DNA from: Octopus vulgaris
Lineage: Eukaryota
Direction of reading: 5' to 3'
Assembly (NCBI GenBank): GCA_951406725.2
Contig: OX597821.1
Location: forward strand, 61,194,001 to 61,258,000
DNA: 64,000 bases
Shown here: in pieces, positions 13,040 through 25,301 of the stretch
How positions within the stretch are numbered: the first letter of the stretch is position 1
How the letters are laid out: each line of letters starts with the position of its first letter
Made by a program: the position numbers and the translations under genes
Notes under the pieces: model-generated
What the model was told of the DNA's origin: nothing
Databases searched by the model: none
Seen by the model: the letters and a program-made list of their open reading frames with translations, nothing else

Positions 13040-13333
13040 AGAGTGGTTGTATACTGTCAACTTAACGTAACAGTCCCGTAAAGGGAATCACACCGCCGCT
13101 ATTTACTAGCAGGCCTTACTACCCTAGACTCATGACGAGCAAGACTCTGAATCATGCATGTCTCTAGGTGCAGGCCTAGCTGGTAGAGGTGCTTGTCTCC
13201 CCTTCGCAAATATAAGAACACAGGAAATGTGTCAAAGCCGACAGGAAGCGTCGATGCCTCCTAGGGCTAAATAGTGGTTGTGTGATTCCCTTTACGGGAC
13301 TGTCACGTTAAGTTGACAGTATACAACCACTCT
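13040..13333 (+). mobile_element. Foldback element with ~65-nt inverted ends and an internal hammerhead-like motif (candidate non-autonomous Penelope-like element)
   Basis: AGAGTGGTTGTATACTGTCAACTTAACGT..CAGTCCCGTAAAGGGAATCACAC occurs at both ends in inverted orientation. Confidence 0.7.
13111..13177 (+). ncRNA. Minimal type-I hammerhead-like motif with two core substitutions
   Basis: CCTAGA-CTCATGA-CGAGCAAGACTCT-GAATC-ATGCAT-GTC-TCTAGG, with outer AGGCCT/AGGCCT pairing. Confidence 0.6.
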
Positions 13334-13388
13334 ATCGCTCCACCGCCGCTCATATCTCTCTGAGATATTTAGAAATTTAATATTTCTA

Positions 13389-13460
<72 letters not shown>

Positions 13461-14561
13461 TATACAAAATACAAACACTCACACTCACATAAGAATATAC
13501 ATGCCAGAGTTTCATTTTAAAGTATAACAAGAAATGATGCAGAAGAAAGATAAAACTATTTCCATGTTGAGGGAAACATCTTACATCTTCTGAGCAATGT
13601 CTCTGAAATAATCAAGTGTTTCGCAATTTTCACATTCATTTACGATGCATTGAATTTTTGGAATAAAATCTTTATATTTCTTTTTGCGATGTGAAATTTT
13701 TGCACCTAAAATATGCAGTTTGATTATTACGTCGACTCTTGCATATTTCTTTATTAACATTTCTAAAATCTTTCCTAATCGTAGGATGGAATTATTAATC
13801 TTAGATTTGTTTTCTACTTCATTTTTAAGGAAATGCGACGTATTTACCCTGCGAATAAAATAAGATTTAGCAATGCGTTTACTCTGCCGATAAAAAGATT
13901 GATGATAAATTTACCAACAGTGTACAGCGAAGGGCAATGAATTTAACTACAATGTATTAGGTCACGTTGATATTAAATCGCCATGATATGAACATTGCAG
14001 GTGTTTCATTTACAGTCAAAGTGCGGAAGATATCATGTGACACCTTATTGAATTGGGAGAGAAATTGGTTAGTTTTATTTCACTTATGTTAATCCTTCTC
14101 ACTGTCGAAGACAGTTTTCTGTAGGGGCTGCTTACAGCTTGTCTGCCTCTACAACGCGTTTGGCTTGGTGAGCAGAGATGTACTCTGTAGGATTGTGGAT
14201 CTGCATGGTATACCTCTCTGATTTAGTCAGTTGACAGTGGCCTTGTATACTTGGACGGTGAACGTACTCCGGATAGGGATGATTGTTTATAGTGATCAAA
14301 TGTTTGAGCTGTACATTCGCTCACTGTCTCTATAAAGCCAATATTCTTGTATACTTGCACGATGTGCCAAAAGAACGTACAGCAACGGGAAATGACGTAT
14401 TTCGCCGAAGAAGTCAACACACCGCCGCTCGTGACCGTTAGTGCACAACCTTAGCCGCAAAGTTCTCTTTTCTATTCGGTATATTTATTTCTCATTGGCA
14501 TCTTGAATACATATATTCAAAGATATACATAAACAAAAACACATATAAGTACAACTATATA

Positions 14562-15488
14562 CAGGGGTTGGACAAAATAATGGAAACACTTAGCATCATA
14601 GCATCATAATTTTGAAATATCTATAAAACCGTTGAAAGCATGTTAATTTTTATGTTTTTTTACTTATTATCAGTGTTGCTTTATATGTTTTGCTAAAATT
14701 GCTGTTTTGTTTTTTTTCAGATGTCATCAGAAAAAGGTAATTAAAATTCATTAAAATGACAGATCTATCGGACTTTCAAAGAGGTTAAATTCTTGGTGCT
14801 CGCACGGCAGGTGCTAGTGTAACGAAAACAGCCGAAATCTATCAAGATGTACTGTCTCGAAAGTAACGACAGTCTTTGAAAAAGAGAGAAAAGTCTCCTC
14901 GTCGAAACAAAACTCCGGAAGAAGACCAAAACTTTCAGTTAGGAACCGTCGGATTCTTACGCGAATTGTTAGATACGATCAAAAAGTACAGCTCTCGAAA
15001 TTACTGCAGAATTTAATCACCACGTTAAAACACACTTTCTACAAAAACCTTTCGCCGCTAGCAGCACAAAGCAGGATTTCACGGGAGAGCTGCACTAAGA
15101 AAACCACTACTTTTAAAAACAAACTTTGCAAAGCGTTTAGAGAGGATTAAAAACCTACAGAATTGGTCCCTAGAGCAGTGGAATAGTGTTATTTTCTCGG
15201 CTGTTATTAGTGGAATAGTGTTATTTCAGACCACTGGCCGAGTATACGAGTACAGACAGCCAAAAGAAGCTTTCTTCCCCAACTGGTGATGGTGGGGGGG
15301 GGGGGGGGTGTTATATCTTGGAAATAACCGGCCCAATGGTTTCCCTTCAAGGTAGAATTAATAGTCAAGACTATTTAAGCATTTTATCTGAAGAAATTCA
15401 TCCTATGGTTGCAGAAATGTTTCCTACCCCATATTAAGATAAATTTGTTTGAAATGTTAAGGTATTTCCATTATTTTGTCGACCCCAT
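14562..15488 (+). mobile_element. Internally deleted Tc1-like DNA transposon
   Basis: TA + TIR CAGGGGTTGGACAAAATAATGGAAACAC, inverted copy at ~15460-15488. Decayed transposase from ATG 14756 (MTDLSDFQRG*ILGARTAGASVTKTAE). Confidence 0.85.
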
Positions 15489-15738
15489 TTATATATATAT
15501 CAGTGTGAACGTTCTTTTTATTCGGCGCCGTAATTTACAATCCTGTAAATAATAATAATGACAATTACATAGGTTAAAGGTTATGGCGATCACCGTGCAA
15601 TGATTATGGAAAATGATTAACAAAATGGCATATAAGCCCTCGACAGAAGCAAGATTGGTTTCCTATCCGCGTGGGCCTCGAACCCACATCCCTTTGTTAA
15701 CGCGACTAGGTGTGTTAACTTTATCTATAGAATGTATA

Positions 15739-17384
15739 TTAGGTTCTCAAGAAAGGTCTTGCGGAATTGTATTTTCAAATTAATTGTCGTTAAATTACTT
15801 TGGCTTTGTATATCATTTTAAAACCCGTTTTTCGCTCTATCTAATCGTATTACTCTTTTTCTTGTTGAATACTCTGGCCATTGTTTCTGAAATGTTGAAT
15901 ACAACATGGACAAAAAGCAAATTCGCACAATTTTCTTATTCTAGTTCAAGCTAGGTCGAAAAGCTATTGAAACAGCTCGCGATATCAACGATGTGTTTGG
16001 TCGGGGAACCACAAATGAACGTACAGCACAATGGTGGTTCAAGAAATTTCGTAGCAGTGACGAGTCTTGAAGATGATAAGCGTAGTGGTCGGCCATCAGA
16101 GGTTGACAATGATCAGCTAAGAGCCTTAGTGGAAGCCAATCCACGCACAACTGTTCGAGGGCTTGCTTCTGAATTAGACGTAACGTTACCACAATTTCCA
16201 ACCACTTGAAAGAGATTGGAAAAGCAAAAATACCAGAGCAATGGGTGCCGCATGAATTGAACGACCCCCCCCCCCAAAAAAATAAAACAACATAAAAAAC
16301 ACGCCGTTTTGAAGTGTCTTCCCTTCTTTTACGCAACAAGAACGACCCGTTTCTCGACCGGATTGGGACCTGCAAATAAAAGTGGATTCTTTACGACGCT
16401 CAGCTCAGTGGCTGGAGGCCGACGAAACTCCACGGCACTTCCCGAAGTCAAATTTGCACTAAAAGAAGGTCATGGTGACTGTTTGGTGGTCTGCAGCCGG
16501 TCTTATCCATGGCAGCTTTTTGGATACAGGGAAACCATTACGGCGGAGAAGTACTGTCAGCAAATGAATGAAATACATAAGAAACTCCGACAACAGCCAG
16601 CATTGGTCCATAGAAAAAGACCAATTCTTCTCCACGACAATACTCGGCCACAAGTCGCACAACTGACCGTGCAGGAGTTGAACGAATTGGGCTACGAAAC
16701 TCTGCCTCATCCGCCATATTCTCCGGACCACCTACCGACTACCACATTTTCAAGCATCTCGACAACTTCCTACGTGAGAAATGCTTCAAAAACCGAAACG
16801 ATGCCAAGCTCACCTTCAACGGCTTCATCGCCACGAGAACGCGGAATGTTTACGCTGCTGGCATAAATAAACATGTTCCGCGTTAGCAAAAAGTGTGTTG
16901 ATTGTGATGGTGTATATTTCCTTTTATACATTTACTAGCAGTATCGCCCGGCGTTGCTCAGGTTTGTAAGGGAAATAACTATAAAGCATTTTTAGAGAGT
17001 TATAGCCAAAAAATAGCAAAAAAATGGAAAAAAAATGATGGTAAATTTTTTTGAGAGTTAAAAAGGTGGAGTTGCGTCCCCTAGACGGTTTGTGGTTTGG
17101 ATTTCTGACTCTCGACCTCATGTCGAATTTATCGATTTTTTTCAGAACTGGGGGAAGTTTTCAAAATTTTCGCTGCGTTAGTTTTGAATTATGACATTGG
17201 GCTATGTGTGTGTCAAGTTTCATCAGAATCGGTTGAAAGCCGTGGTCAGAGTGAGGGTACGAGAAAACAGACACACAGAAAACGCACAGACAAACTGCCG
17301 TTTATATATAGAGAGATTTTTGAGCCAAGATATGTGCATCTGAATTTAAAGGTTAAACACCGCAAGATCTTTCTTGACAACCTA

Positions 17385-17385
<1 letters not shown>
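15739..17385 (+). mobile_element. Full-length decayed mariner (Hsmar1/cecropia-like) carrying a nested Helitron
   Basis: TIRs TTAGGTT(C/G)TCAAGAAAG(G/A)TCTTGCGG with TA on both sides. Transposase from 15906: MDKKQIRTIFL..QWWFKKF..RSGRPSEVDNDQL, WVPHEL, LLHDNTRP, PHPPYSPD. 1265 bp once the insert is removed. Confidence 0.92.
16935..17316 (-). mobile_element. Non-autonomous Helitron, 382 bp
   Basis: 5' TCTCTCTATATATAAACGGCAG; 3' GAGCAACGCCGGG..CTAG. Inserted between A and T with no TSD inside the mariner 3' region. Confidence 0.9.
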
Positions 17386-17441
<56 letters not shown>

Positions 17442-17595
17442 TGTGTGTGTGTATGTGTGTGTGTATGTGTGTGTGTATGTGTATATGTATATCTGAATAC
17501 AAACATACATATATAACATATGTATACACACACAAAGATATATTTACATATATAGATATATAGATATGTGTTTGTGTATACACATATGCATACAA

Positions 17596-17669
<74 letters not shown>

Positions 17670-17704
17670 GAGAGACAGAGATAGAGAGAGAGTGAGAGAG
17701 TGAG

Positions 17705-17800
17705 GGTGACATGGTGATCCCTTCGGTCATGAATGACCATGGGATTGCACCTAGTAAGTTACACTCCGAGGCAAATGTACGGGCAAGATTGTTTCTAATA
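17705..17800 (-). mobile_element. SINE 3' fragment (family D)
   Basis: catgaatgaccatgggattgcacctag.. is shared with 36034-36100. Confidence 0.55.
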
Positions 17801-18071
17801 TGCCGGCTACTGCCTACTGATGCCAGCTGGCAATACCAGTCTTTTGGTGTCGCACCCAGCTGAGCCGATACTACGTAGAATAAATATGGTAATTACAATA
17901 GTAATCTCTGGATGGAATTTATACATAGTTTAATGCATCATTATGCGCGTTTCCACAAATATATATATATATGTGTGTATGCATGTATATATATATATAT
18001 ATATATTCAATATACAAATATATATATATGTGTATAAATATATATATGTACGTATATATATATATATATGC

Positions 18072-18122
<51 letters not shown>

Positions 18123-18661
18123 TCTATATTCGGTTGATAGACAACCGCCACATATTGATAGAGATAATACACTTTCAGTTTAACTATGCAAGCAAGACAT
18201 TAAATCATTTAGAGTAGAGGAAGAAACATAGAATAATAACACATTTGGTTTTCATGTATGGATCGTTTGAAATATAACGAAACGCATGGAGATCTAAACA
18301 TTGGTTACATGTCGTGATCAATAGGCCACACCAAACAAATATCATATGTATAAATATACATACACACACATATAAACATATATATATATTATGTATGTAT
18401 ATGTACTGTACGTGTGTGTGCGTGTTTATACGTGCAACAATATATGTGGTTATATGTGCGTGTATAAATATATCTGTACAAAGAGAAATATATTCTTATT
18501 CGCTTATATGTGTATATAGAAATGTTAGGAAAAAAATAATCTTCAGTATACTTAGAACTATATTTGCATAAATATATATGTAACTGTATGTACTTCTCGC
18601 TTTCTCTTTCTGTCTCAATCTCTTCTTCTGCCTTGTGCTTATGCTAGTATATATGATTATA

Positions 18662-18735
<74 letters not shown>

Positions 18736-18761
18736 CAGACACAAATACGCACATGCATACA

Positions 18762-18806
<45 letters not shown>

Positions 18807-20920
18807 CCATATACATATAAATATATGTATATATACGTATACACGCACATATTTATAATTTATGTAAATATAAGATATGTTTAATGTACGTTAACAATAT
18901 ATGTCCATATGTACATAAATATTTACTGACATTCCCACTGAGAAGGAAAGCACATATAGGCACGCACATATACCAGCACACACACACACACACACACACA
19001 CGCATTCACACACACGCATTCACACACACACACACAGAAACTCACACGCATTCACACACACACACATCATGTAGTTGTATGTGTATTTCAGCTTGGATGA
19101 CTGATCGGTGAAACGAAATTGTATGATGTTTGGGAATTATTGCAGTGGAAACCAGTGCTGTAGAAAACAAAGTACATCTTTGTAATACGCACTACGATTG
19201 GAACCCAATATGTATCGATCTTGATGCTTTCCGCTGTTGCAGTCTATCTAAAATCCATTAATTTCTTTGGTTTTTGGAGTTGATTCTTAACATGATTTGC
19301 GTGACATTTCAGGCCGTAGCTCTACTGGAATGGTTATGTAAATGAGCAAGCAACGTAGCGCAAGAAGGATAAAGAGTAGAAGGGGAAAGTGAAGGAGAAG
19401 AAGAATGTGTAGGAGACGGTAAAGGAAAAGCTGACGCTGAAGATGGAGATGAAAACGAAGGCGGCTGCGAAGGGAAGGTGGAGGTGGAGGTGAAAGGGAA
19501 GGGGAATGTGGTGGAAGTGAAGCAACATAAGAAGCAGAAATAGAATACAAAGAAGACAGAAGATCATAAGAAAGATGAAGAAAAAGATTAATGATGGGTA
19601 CAACCAAGGAACATTTGGCATTACTGTCAGTCGTAGAAAATAAGATCAATAGAATAACTAACAGAAATCCTTAAAGATTGGATTGTTCAGAAGTTGATGC
19701 TTCCGCTGCATATGAAGGAACATTTGAAGAGGAGATTAAGTAATAAATATAAATATATTAATAAAATAACGTTCATTTAAATTATTTTTTGACAATCTGG
19801 GTTTTTATTACTATAATATATTTTACAAGGTTGTTTCACTTTCATGCAATGTAATCTCTATGTATAATATTCTATATATTGTGTTTTCGCAAATTTGTAA
19901 TATAAACATAATATACAAAATAATGGTTTCGCATTGCTTGAAGCAGAAACTGCTCTCCTTAAACACGACTTTTATGAAAATACATAGGCATTCTCTATTT
20001 GTGTAGCCATCGAGTGACGGAGAGAGCTTTTATCATCGAGCGACGGAGAGCTTTTATCATGTTGATCTACTAGAAAAACCTGTATATCTACATCATAGGA
20101 TACCCTTTGATTATAGCTCTGATACTATCAGGGTTGAACAAGGAGTGGAGTTAATCAAACAACAAACGGCAAGTAAAAATATTTGTTATATAGCGATGAC
20201 TACCATAGGAAAATGGTTAAAACATGTATAGGAAGGGGGCAGAGGCATCAGTGTTAACCCGAAGCTGTGAAGTTGTGACCTCACATACCTTTTCCAAGTA
20301 TCGCCCAAAGAGACAAATGTGCACACACAATGTATTGAAGATAAAATCGAATTTTGTTAATAGAAAAATATGAACGATGGTTACTCGCATGGACACGCAC
20401 GAAGAACAATTTGCAATGTATATTTTACAAAGAAGATATAATTTACGCAGAAGTAGCTTGCGTATTCGCACAGACACAGCAAAAAGTAAAGGTAAATTGA
20501 GTGAAATACCAGATCTTTCTCAGGAATCCTTAGCTCTTTACATTATTGACTCGGGCATAAGCAAAATGTACAATGCGCTGGGTGTGATTCGAACTTGAGA
20601 ATAAAGGCTACAATATGCTGCATAACGACTTTACCCATGCGTTTCCGATTCCAACAATTACTCTAGTCAACAAATAATAATTTCTTTGTCAAAATGGTTT
20701 GTATAGGCGAGAAATATATTTCAATATTTCAAAACCTGTCAACACCATTACAAGACCAATAAATACCATTCTTAAGTAACCATGTCTGACACAACTATTC
20801 CCATGAACTATTTACAAGTATCTTTGAAGAACGACGAGCGGCGAGCTGGCAGAAGCGTTGACAGGCCGGGCAAATTGCTTCGTGATATTTCATCCATCTT
20901 CACGTTCTGGGTTAATTTGC

Positions 20921-20969
<49 letters not shown>

Positions 20970-21016
20970 TATGTTTGTGTTTGTATGGCTCTTACTATAC
21001 TGTGGGTCTCATCTGT

Positions 21017-21058
<42 letters not shown>

Positions 21059-21132
21059 TCTCTCACACACATGTATTTTATGTATTTCAACCATGCATTT
21101 GCGGTTATGCATTGCGGTTATGCTGGAACATA

Positions 21133-21166
<34 letters not shown>

Positions 21167-22099
21167 TAATGTATACATATTACGAATGCATATTATTTTA
21201 TATAATATATATATGTATATGTACGTATATATACACACACATACAAATATATATATATATATGCACACATTATAAAAAGAAAGTATGTTTACTAAAATAT
21301 TAGGGGGAAAAACGCCTAATTCGGGATAAAATTGGCCTCATTGAGTAAAATTGGTTCATTGTTACGACGCCTATAGCTCTTTACAGAAAAAAAAACCAAC
21401 CAGAAATGGAAGAGGAACCCATGTTGTACTCAAATTTGATTGCGAGCCAAGAGTGAGTCTCACACACGCTGCAATTCTTACAGTTTGGCACCTTACCATA
21501 AACATCCGCTACTCTATGATTATTATTTATACTGGTCCCGAAAAAAGAACCTTGATTTTCGAAAACTTTTGAATAATAACTTTCCGACGTTGAAAAGATT
21601 AAAACTGCGTCTTTCAAAATCTCATTCGTGTTTGATTCTAATGCCAGTAGTAATTTCAAAGTATGGCGAAGTCAGTATCAGAGCCTAGAGCTAACACTCT
21701 AAGAAGCTATATAGAATTAACGACCGATTACAAGACGAGTCGCTATTTTGTAACAATGGATATTATACGCCAAGTGACACATTGTTATCGCAGTATAAAA
21801 ACTAAAAGAATAACTACAAAAAGCATAATTCTCCTTATCTTGTAATTTCTTCGAATCGCATATCAATGAAATGCTTGGAGCGATATTTGTAGCTGGATTT
21901 TCGTGTATGTTTCCTTTCACATGAAATGGAATTTACTTATAGAACCTGCTTTTCGTTTTAACAGAATTAATGAAGCAAGCGTGATTATTCGTGAAGTGAT
22001 AAAATAATATATTTTCCCCGGGGATTTTACATGTATTCTGGTTCCATGCTAACTCGACAGAAAGGATATGAAGAATGTAAAAATCGTTTATAATAATCC

Positions 22100-22333
22100 T
22101 TTCCACTATAATGACTGAAGTTTAGAGAAGTGGTATAATCGATTATTACATTAACATCAGTGCGTAACTTGTACTTAATTTATCGACCCCGAATGGATAA
22201 AAGGCAAAGTCGACCTCGGCGGAAGTTGAACTTAGGACGTAACGACGGGCGAAAGACCGCTATATATTTCGTTCAGCGTGCTAACGATTCTACCAGCTTA
22301 CCACCTATAAAGTCGTTCATAATAATAATAATA

Positions 22334-22368
<35 letters not shown>

Positions 22369-22650
22369 TTCTCCTATATGCACAAATTTGGGGCAGGGAG
22401 ATAGTAGATTACATCATCCCTAGTACACAACTGGTACTTAATTTATCGACTCCGGAACGATGAAAGGCAAAGTAGACTTCGGCGGAATTTGAACTCAAGA
22501 CGTAATATACGGACGAAATACCGCTAAGCATTTACTTATTTTAATGCTCCGAAAGAGTGAAAGGCAAAGTCAACCTCGGCAGAATTTTAACTCAGGATGT
22601 AGAGGCGGACGAAATATTGCTAAGCATTTTGCTAACAATTCTGCTAGCAA
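22100..22650 (-). mobile_element. Cluster of family-A SINE copies separated by (TAA)n
   Basis: Repeated tttatcgaccccg..aaaggcaaagtcgacctcggcggaa..tgaactc..gacgaaat; Nin/Deu-like core. Confidence 0.75.
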
Positions 22651-22659
22651 GAACAAAAC

Positions 22660-23520
22660 ATGAAGAACATGAAGGAAATTAAGTACATGAAGTACATGAA
22701 AGACATGAAGCACATGGAGGAGCACTACTCAATAAGGGAGTATGCAGCCATTTCTGTTTTAGCATCACTAAAGTTTATGGAGAAAATTGGTTAAAGAAGT
22801 AATACTTGAAAAAGGAGACTAAGAGCACCATACTAGCAGTGCAAGACCAATCTTTGACCCCAAATTGGATGGCTAATAATAGAAATGAGCAAAGCTCTCA
22901 ACTGTGCCGAATTTGTAATAGATTTGACGAAGCCATTTCTCATATTGCACAAAATCAATACAAGGTGTGGCAACATGATGTGGTAGAGAAATACTGCATT
23001 AAAACCTGAAAAGTGGGGATTAAAGACAGAGAAAAAAGATGGTGCGACCACAAACAACAGAGAGTGAGTCAGAGACGATTTCTTAAACAATTAAGAAATC
23101 GTCTTTTGACTCACTCAGGTGCTTGGGTATAACAAACCGTACCTAGTGCGGGTGGACAAGGTAAACCACATGCTCTATAATTAACGTTGCATACTCATTT
23201 GAGTCACAAATATTTAAGAAGGCGAAAAAAGTAATCTTATGTCATGCTCTTCAAGTGAAGATTACGCGATTGTAGAAAATGAAAATGGAGAAGATAGTGC
23301 CAATTATTGTTGGGGCTCTGGGGAACAGTATAAGAACGTATAGACCGGAATGTAAATGAACTTGCGAAATAGTGCCCAAGAAAGCTGTTGCAAAAAATGG
23401 TTTGCATTCTTCGGATAGCCAGAATCATCAGGAAAGTGTTATATAGTTGAAAAGAACAGATAGCATGATACTGTTGGTTGCAGGCAGCAAAGCCGGCACT
23501 TATGCAAGGCTCTTGGAGTT
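22660..23520 (+). mobile_element. Decayed Dong/R4-clade LINE 3' fragment (zinc knuckle plus RLE region)
   Basis: KETKSTILAVQDQSL..LCRICNRFDEAISHI..QHDVV, parallel to the 54814 ORF. (TAA)n lies downstream. Confidence 0.7.
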
Positions 23521-23674
23521 CCAAGAAAACCTGAGGTAAAATAAATATTTTCTTCCATTTGCCATCATGGTGCCGAATGAATAGGCAATAGCTAAGTGTC
23601 AAAGTTTGGAAATTTACGTGGAAAATGTAAGAAATCGAAGCTATCTACCAACTTACCGCCTATAAAATCGTTAA

Positions 23675-23682
23675 TAATCATG

Positions 23683-23732
<50 letters not shown>

Positions 23733-23763
23733 CATGATAATAATAATAATAATAATAATAATA
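23675..23763. repeat. (TAA)n microsatellite
   Basis: Direct inspection. Confidence 0.95.
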
Positions 23764-24320
23764 AATGCCCTGATGCAATACCAGGCAGTGGCTCTCGTGG
23801 CTTCTGATCTTAACTGATTGGAAGTGTTATCATGTATATTCTTTTGTCTTGGTATAAAAGATGGACTACATCAATTATTCTACTCAATACCACAGATTTG
23901 TTTGTCAGTTGCTTGACCATAACAAGTTGAGCATGTCCCTTAGTGGCTGATGATATGTGCATCTCTGATCATGAGCAGAAGTAGTTGGGGAGCATCATAA
24001 CCATGTGTTGAGAGGGATTCTTTGGGGTTTGAATCATTCACCACTGGAAATATGGGTGTTTCGTTCAAGAACATTAAACAATCCTTATTCAGGGACATTT
24101 TGAGCGGGATGAGTTACTCGACGAGAAGAAATTTCTAACTGGACCCCACCTGAAAGATCTTGCGCTGTTTATCTTGATATGAAATCACCATGTCGCGCAC
24201 ATATGGTTGTGATGCATGTGCCTGGTGTACCCTTTTCAAACGGGTAGTCATGATGGGTATACCGGGCTTCGTATATTTTACCTCAGTGTCATTTTGATGG
24301 CATGCACTGCTCGCTCACTC
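23764..24320. repeat. Unclassified ~560-bp interspersed repeat flanked by (TAA)n
   Basis: An inverted, diverged partial copy lies at ~50530-50700. Confidence 0.6.
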
Positions 24321-24334
24321 AATAATAATAATAA

Positions 24335-24540
24335 TTCTTTCTACTATAGGCACAACGCCTGAAATTTGGCGGGAGAGGGATAGTGAATTACATCAGCCCT
24401 AGTATTCAACTGATACTTAATTTGTCGACTCCGAAAGGATGAAAGTCGACTCCAGCGGAATTTGAACTCAAGACGTACCGACGGGCGAAATAGCGCTATG
24501 TATTTTGCCCGGCGCGCTAACGATTCCGCCAACTCGCATG
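24335..24540 (-). mobile_element. Family-A SINE
   Basis: Same head and core motifs as the 47933 copy, reverse strand. Confidence 0.7.
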
Positions 24541-24931
24541 GATCAGCCTGCCGAGCTGCAAACCGATTTGCCCTGGTTGATAGTGTAAATAATGGTTATC
24601 AAAGCCACAGATATATGCTTGTCAATATTTGCAACTTACATGCTATTAGTATAGTGTATTATATGAATATATAGAGAGATTGAAATACAAATATTTATTG
24701 CCAGAGAACATATTACTTACCATAAAATGATATACATGTGAGAGAAATACCAAAGTTAAATAGATAGAAGCAACTGTCAAAACAGCTAGTCTTAAAAGTT
24801 GACGTTTAAGTATATTCTGACTAACGAGTAAAAGTCGATTGTCAAATGTATTTGACAATTATGAAGATATTTATTCATTCAAAGATGTACACATACATAC
24901 ATACACATATATACATACATACATACATACA

Positions 24932-24962
<31 letters not shown>

Positions 24963-25089
24963 GTAACGAATATAGATAAAGTCAAAACAAATTTATGACA
25001 TCGTCTCGAGGAGTCGAACGCAGTGTGTGCAGTTAAAATAAAGAGGTATGTTAACTACAAACCACAGAACCCAATGTACTTCGGCAAAC

Positions 25090-25151
<62 letters not shown>

Positions 25152-25301
25152 TATATATATATATTGAAATATATATAAACTAGCAGCATAGCCCGGCGTT
25201 GCCCGGGTATGTAAGAGCCCCTAGTAGGCAACGACTAATCCCAATGTAGTCCTTTCCCTCCAGGGAACGAAGGTGCATGTGGACGTTGCAATGTCTTGTC
25301 T

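Noticed and set aside
13095-13280. HDV-like ribozyme suggested by GGCTAA before a pairing segment
   Set aside because: No P3/L3 or P1.1 elements found; the pairing is just the inverted repeat.
14040-14470. Complex sequence with a 65-aa minus-strand ORF
   Set aside because: No recognisable motif, splice signals or second copy to support a call.
19290-19745. Acidic Glu/Gly-rich frame resembling a transposase N-terminus or an exon
   Set aside because: Multiple stops, purine-rich low complexity, no catalytic motifs and no termini found.
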